In this document: one piece after another, positions 16,021-17,685 of the stretch
How positions within the stretch are numbered: the first letter of the stretch is position 1
Layout: the number at the start of each line of letters is the position of its first letter
NCBI GenBank assembly: GCA_964454175.1
Contig: CAYVSA010000004.1
Span: 2,387 to 20,071, forward strand
Source of the DNA: an uncultured Pseudomonadota bacterium
GTDB taxonomy: Bacteria; BMS3Abin14
Length of the DNA: 17,685 nucleotides
Direction of reading: 5' to 3'
Program-made: the position numbers and the translations under genes
The notes under the pieces: generated by a model
What the model was told of the DNA's origin: nothing
Databases searched by the model: none
Seen by the model: the letters and a program-made list of their open reading frames with translations, nothing else

Positions 16021-16962
16021 TCATACGGCCCCGGGCTCCAGGATCCGTTTTGGTTCCATAACCATTTCCCCTGCTGTCTCATTTACACTTGCAAGCGCCA
16101 CGAGGTGACCATCCCTTACGACAGAGATCATCCCCTCCAGGCCTGACTCTGTCACGGGCACCGCCTGCCCCTGGAGGAGTTTTTTGAGACCATCCCGGTC
16201 GGGCTCAATGATCGGAAATGAAAGGCCGGCTGCGGCTCCGAGGAGATACTTGCCGGGGTCCCGGGCTTCGTTCAGCTTGTCCAGCTTCACCGTTTCTTCC
16301 AGGGAGAAAGCACCGCTTCTGACTCTCTTCAGCGACTCCATGCACCCGAAGACTCCCAGGTCCCGACCTATATCGTGACAGAGGGTTCTCATGTACGTAC
16401 CCTTTGAGCAGTGCACCTTGAGCCGGGCTCGTGGGGGCTCCCAGCTTTCTACCTGCACACTGTAAACGGTTACTTTCCTCGGATCGACCACCACCTTCTT
16501 GCCCTGCCTGGCCAGCCGATACAGGGGCTGACCGCCCTTCTTGACGGCCGAATAGGCTGGCGGAACCTGCAGGAATGACCCCCTGTAACCATCAATAGCA
16601 GATTCAAGATCCTTCAAAGTGACCCCGGATGGATCGGCTTCGTTCTCGACCTGTCCAGTCAGATCCTGGGTGTCAGTCTCCTTGCCGAGGAGCAAGGTGA
16701 GATGATATTCCTTGTCGTCTTCCTGAAGATACTGGGCTACGCGGGTTGCCGATCCCACCAGGACAACGAGCACACCTGACGCAACGGGATCCAGGGTGCC
16801 AGCGTGCCCGACCTGCCGCAAGCCGAATATACGCCTTATCTTCTGGACTACATCATGGGATGTCAGGCCCACATCCTTGTCAACAGGGAGGATACCCTGA
16901 AAATTGCGGCGTGCAGGCTTATCAGCCCCGGACTCATCCCTCTCTACATCCGCAGCCTTCAC
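16021..16962 (-). CDS. truB: tRNA pseudouridine(55) synthase
   Basis: GLTSHDVV, GHAGTLDP (catalytic Asp), ETDTQD, PPAYSAVKKGG and CSKGTYMRTL. GTG start with SD GGGAGG directly after the rbfA stop. Confidence 0.97.
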   Translation of the reverse strand: MKAADVERDESGADKPARRNFQGILPVDKDVGLTSHDVVQKIRRIFGLRQVGHAGTLDPVASGVLVVLVGSATRVAQYLQEDDKEYHLTLLLGKETDTQDLTGQVENEADPSGVTLKDLESAIDGYRGSFLQVPPAYSAVKKGGQPLYRLARQGKKVVVDPRKVTVYSVQVESWEPPRARLKVHCSKGTYMRTLCHDIGRDLGVFGCMESLKRVRSGAFSLEETVKLDKLNEARDPGKYLLGAAAGLSFPIIEPDRDGLKKLLQGQAVPVTESGLEGMISVVRDGHLVALASVNETAGEMVMEPKRILEPGAV

Positions 16963-17322
16963 CTATTCATCCTCCCTGATCGTATCCAGGATACTGGAAA
17001 TGTGAAAACTGTAATCCAGATTCCTGTCGAACTCGAATATGAGCTTTGGAGTATTTTTCAGCCTTAACCTCCTCGCAAGCAGTTTGTGCATGAAATTTCC
17101 TGCCTGCTGAAGGGCTTCGCGGATATCCTCCACCTCGGCAGTCTTGTCCATGACACCGAAGAGGACTTTTGCGGACCGCAGATCGTCACTCACCTTCACT
17201 CTGGTGACCGTAACCGTCTCCATCCTGGGGTCCTTGATGTCCTTGAGAAGTATATCCGATATCTCGTGGCGGACGAGTTCGCTGACCCGGTCAGATCTTT
17301 TGTAACTGAAGGTGCGCTTCAT
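16963..17322 (-). CDS. rbfA: 30S ribosome-binding factor A
   Basis: KRSDRVSELVR, IKDPRM, VTRVKVSDDLRSAKV and LRLKNTPKLIFEFD. Start placed at ATG 17322 (MKRTFSYK). Confidence 0.96.
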   Translation of the reverse strand: MKRTFSYKRSDRVSELVRHEISDILLKDIKDPRMETVTVTRVKVSDDLRSAKVLFGVMDKTAEVEDIREALQQAGNFMHKLLARRLRLKNTPKLIFEFDRNLDYSFHISSILDTIREDE

Positions 17323-17381
17323 ATTTATCGTTCTCTGATCCAGCGGTAAGATCACGGAGCAAAAGAAAGAATAAGATCCAC

Positions 17382-17663
17382 TCAGAGGATCTCGGTAAGA
17401 ACGCCTGTTATTTCAGCGAGGCCCCACGATTCAACAGTATTCAGGATCTTCTGGAGGACCTCGTCCGCGTGCCGCCTGTCACCGGTCACAAGGGCGATCG
17501 CAACGGTTGCCTTCTGCCAGAGATCGTGATCATCGACCTCAGCGACCGAGACGTTGAATTTATTCCGCAGCCTGTCCTTGAGGCTGCGAAGTACTCTTCG
17601 CTTGTCCTTCAAGGAACCGCTCTCTGACACATAAAGGGTCAATTTAAGGACACCAACAACCAT
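17382..17663 (-). CDS. DUF503 (YlxP) family protein
   Basis: MVVGVLKLTL, SLKDKRRVLRSLKDRLRNKFNVSVAEVDDHDLWQ; its position before rbfA is typical. Confidence 0.93.
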   Translation of the reverse strand: MVVGVLKLTLYVSESGSLKDKRRVLRSLKDRLRNKFNVSVAEVDDHDLWQKATVAIALVTGDRRHADEVLQKILNTVESWGLAEITGVLTEIL

Positions 17664-17685
17664 ATTAATCAGTCCCAGGTCCCAT

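Noticed and set aside
17664..17685. Possible 3' end of infB upstream of DUF503
   Set aside because: Expected from synteny, but 22 nt is too short and shows no recognisable IF-2 C-terminal sequence.
1..17685. CRISPR arrays, tRNA/rRNA genes, IS elements, prophage or defence genes
   Set aside because: Nearly all sequence is accounted for by CDSs with gaps of at most about 130 nt. I saw no DNA-level direct repeats and no transposase or integrase motifs.

Overview
A bacterial chromosomal segment whose gene order and PurQ/PurL sequence types suggest a deltaproteobacterium (Desulfobacterota-like; inference). All 17 credible genes lie on the minus strand and are tightly packed. In transcription order they are: DUF503/YlxP, rbfA, truB, rpsO, pnp, M16 peptidase, dut, MBL-fold hydrolase, purB, purL carrying two N-terminal PurS-like domains, purQ and purF. 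Five poorly characterised genes follow: a 147-aa cytoplasmic hypothetical, a 556-aa multi-pass membrane protein with an internal signal-peptide-like segment, tandem helical repeats and HEAT-like repeats, a 120-aa tail-anchored protein, a 281-aa exported tandem beta-sandwich protein, and a GAF-like plus degenerate GGDEF protein. The last runs off the left edge and is missing from the supplied ORF track. It has SPGEF in place of GGDEF but keeps a correctly spaced RxxD I-site, so it looks like a c-di-GMP receptor. Positions 4390-17685 are housekeeping genes; the candidate novelty is concentrated in 1-4397. I saw no rRNA, tRNA, CRISPR array or mobile element.
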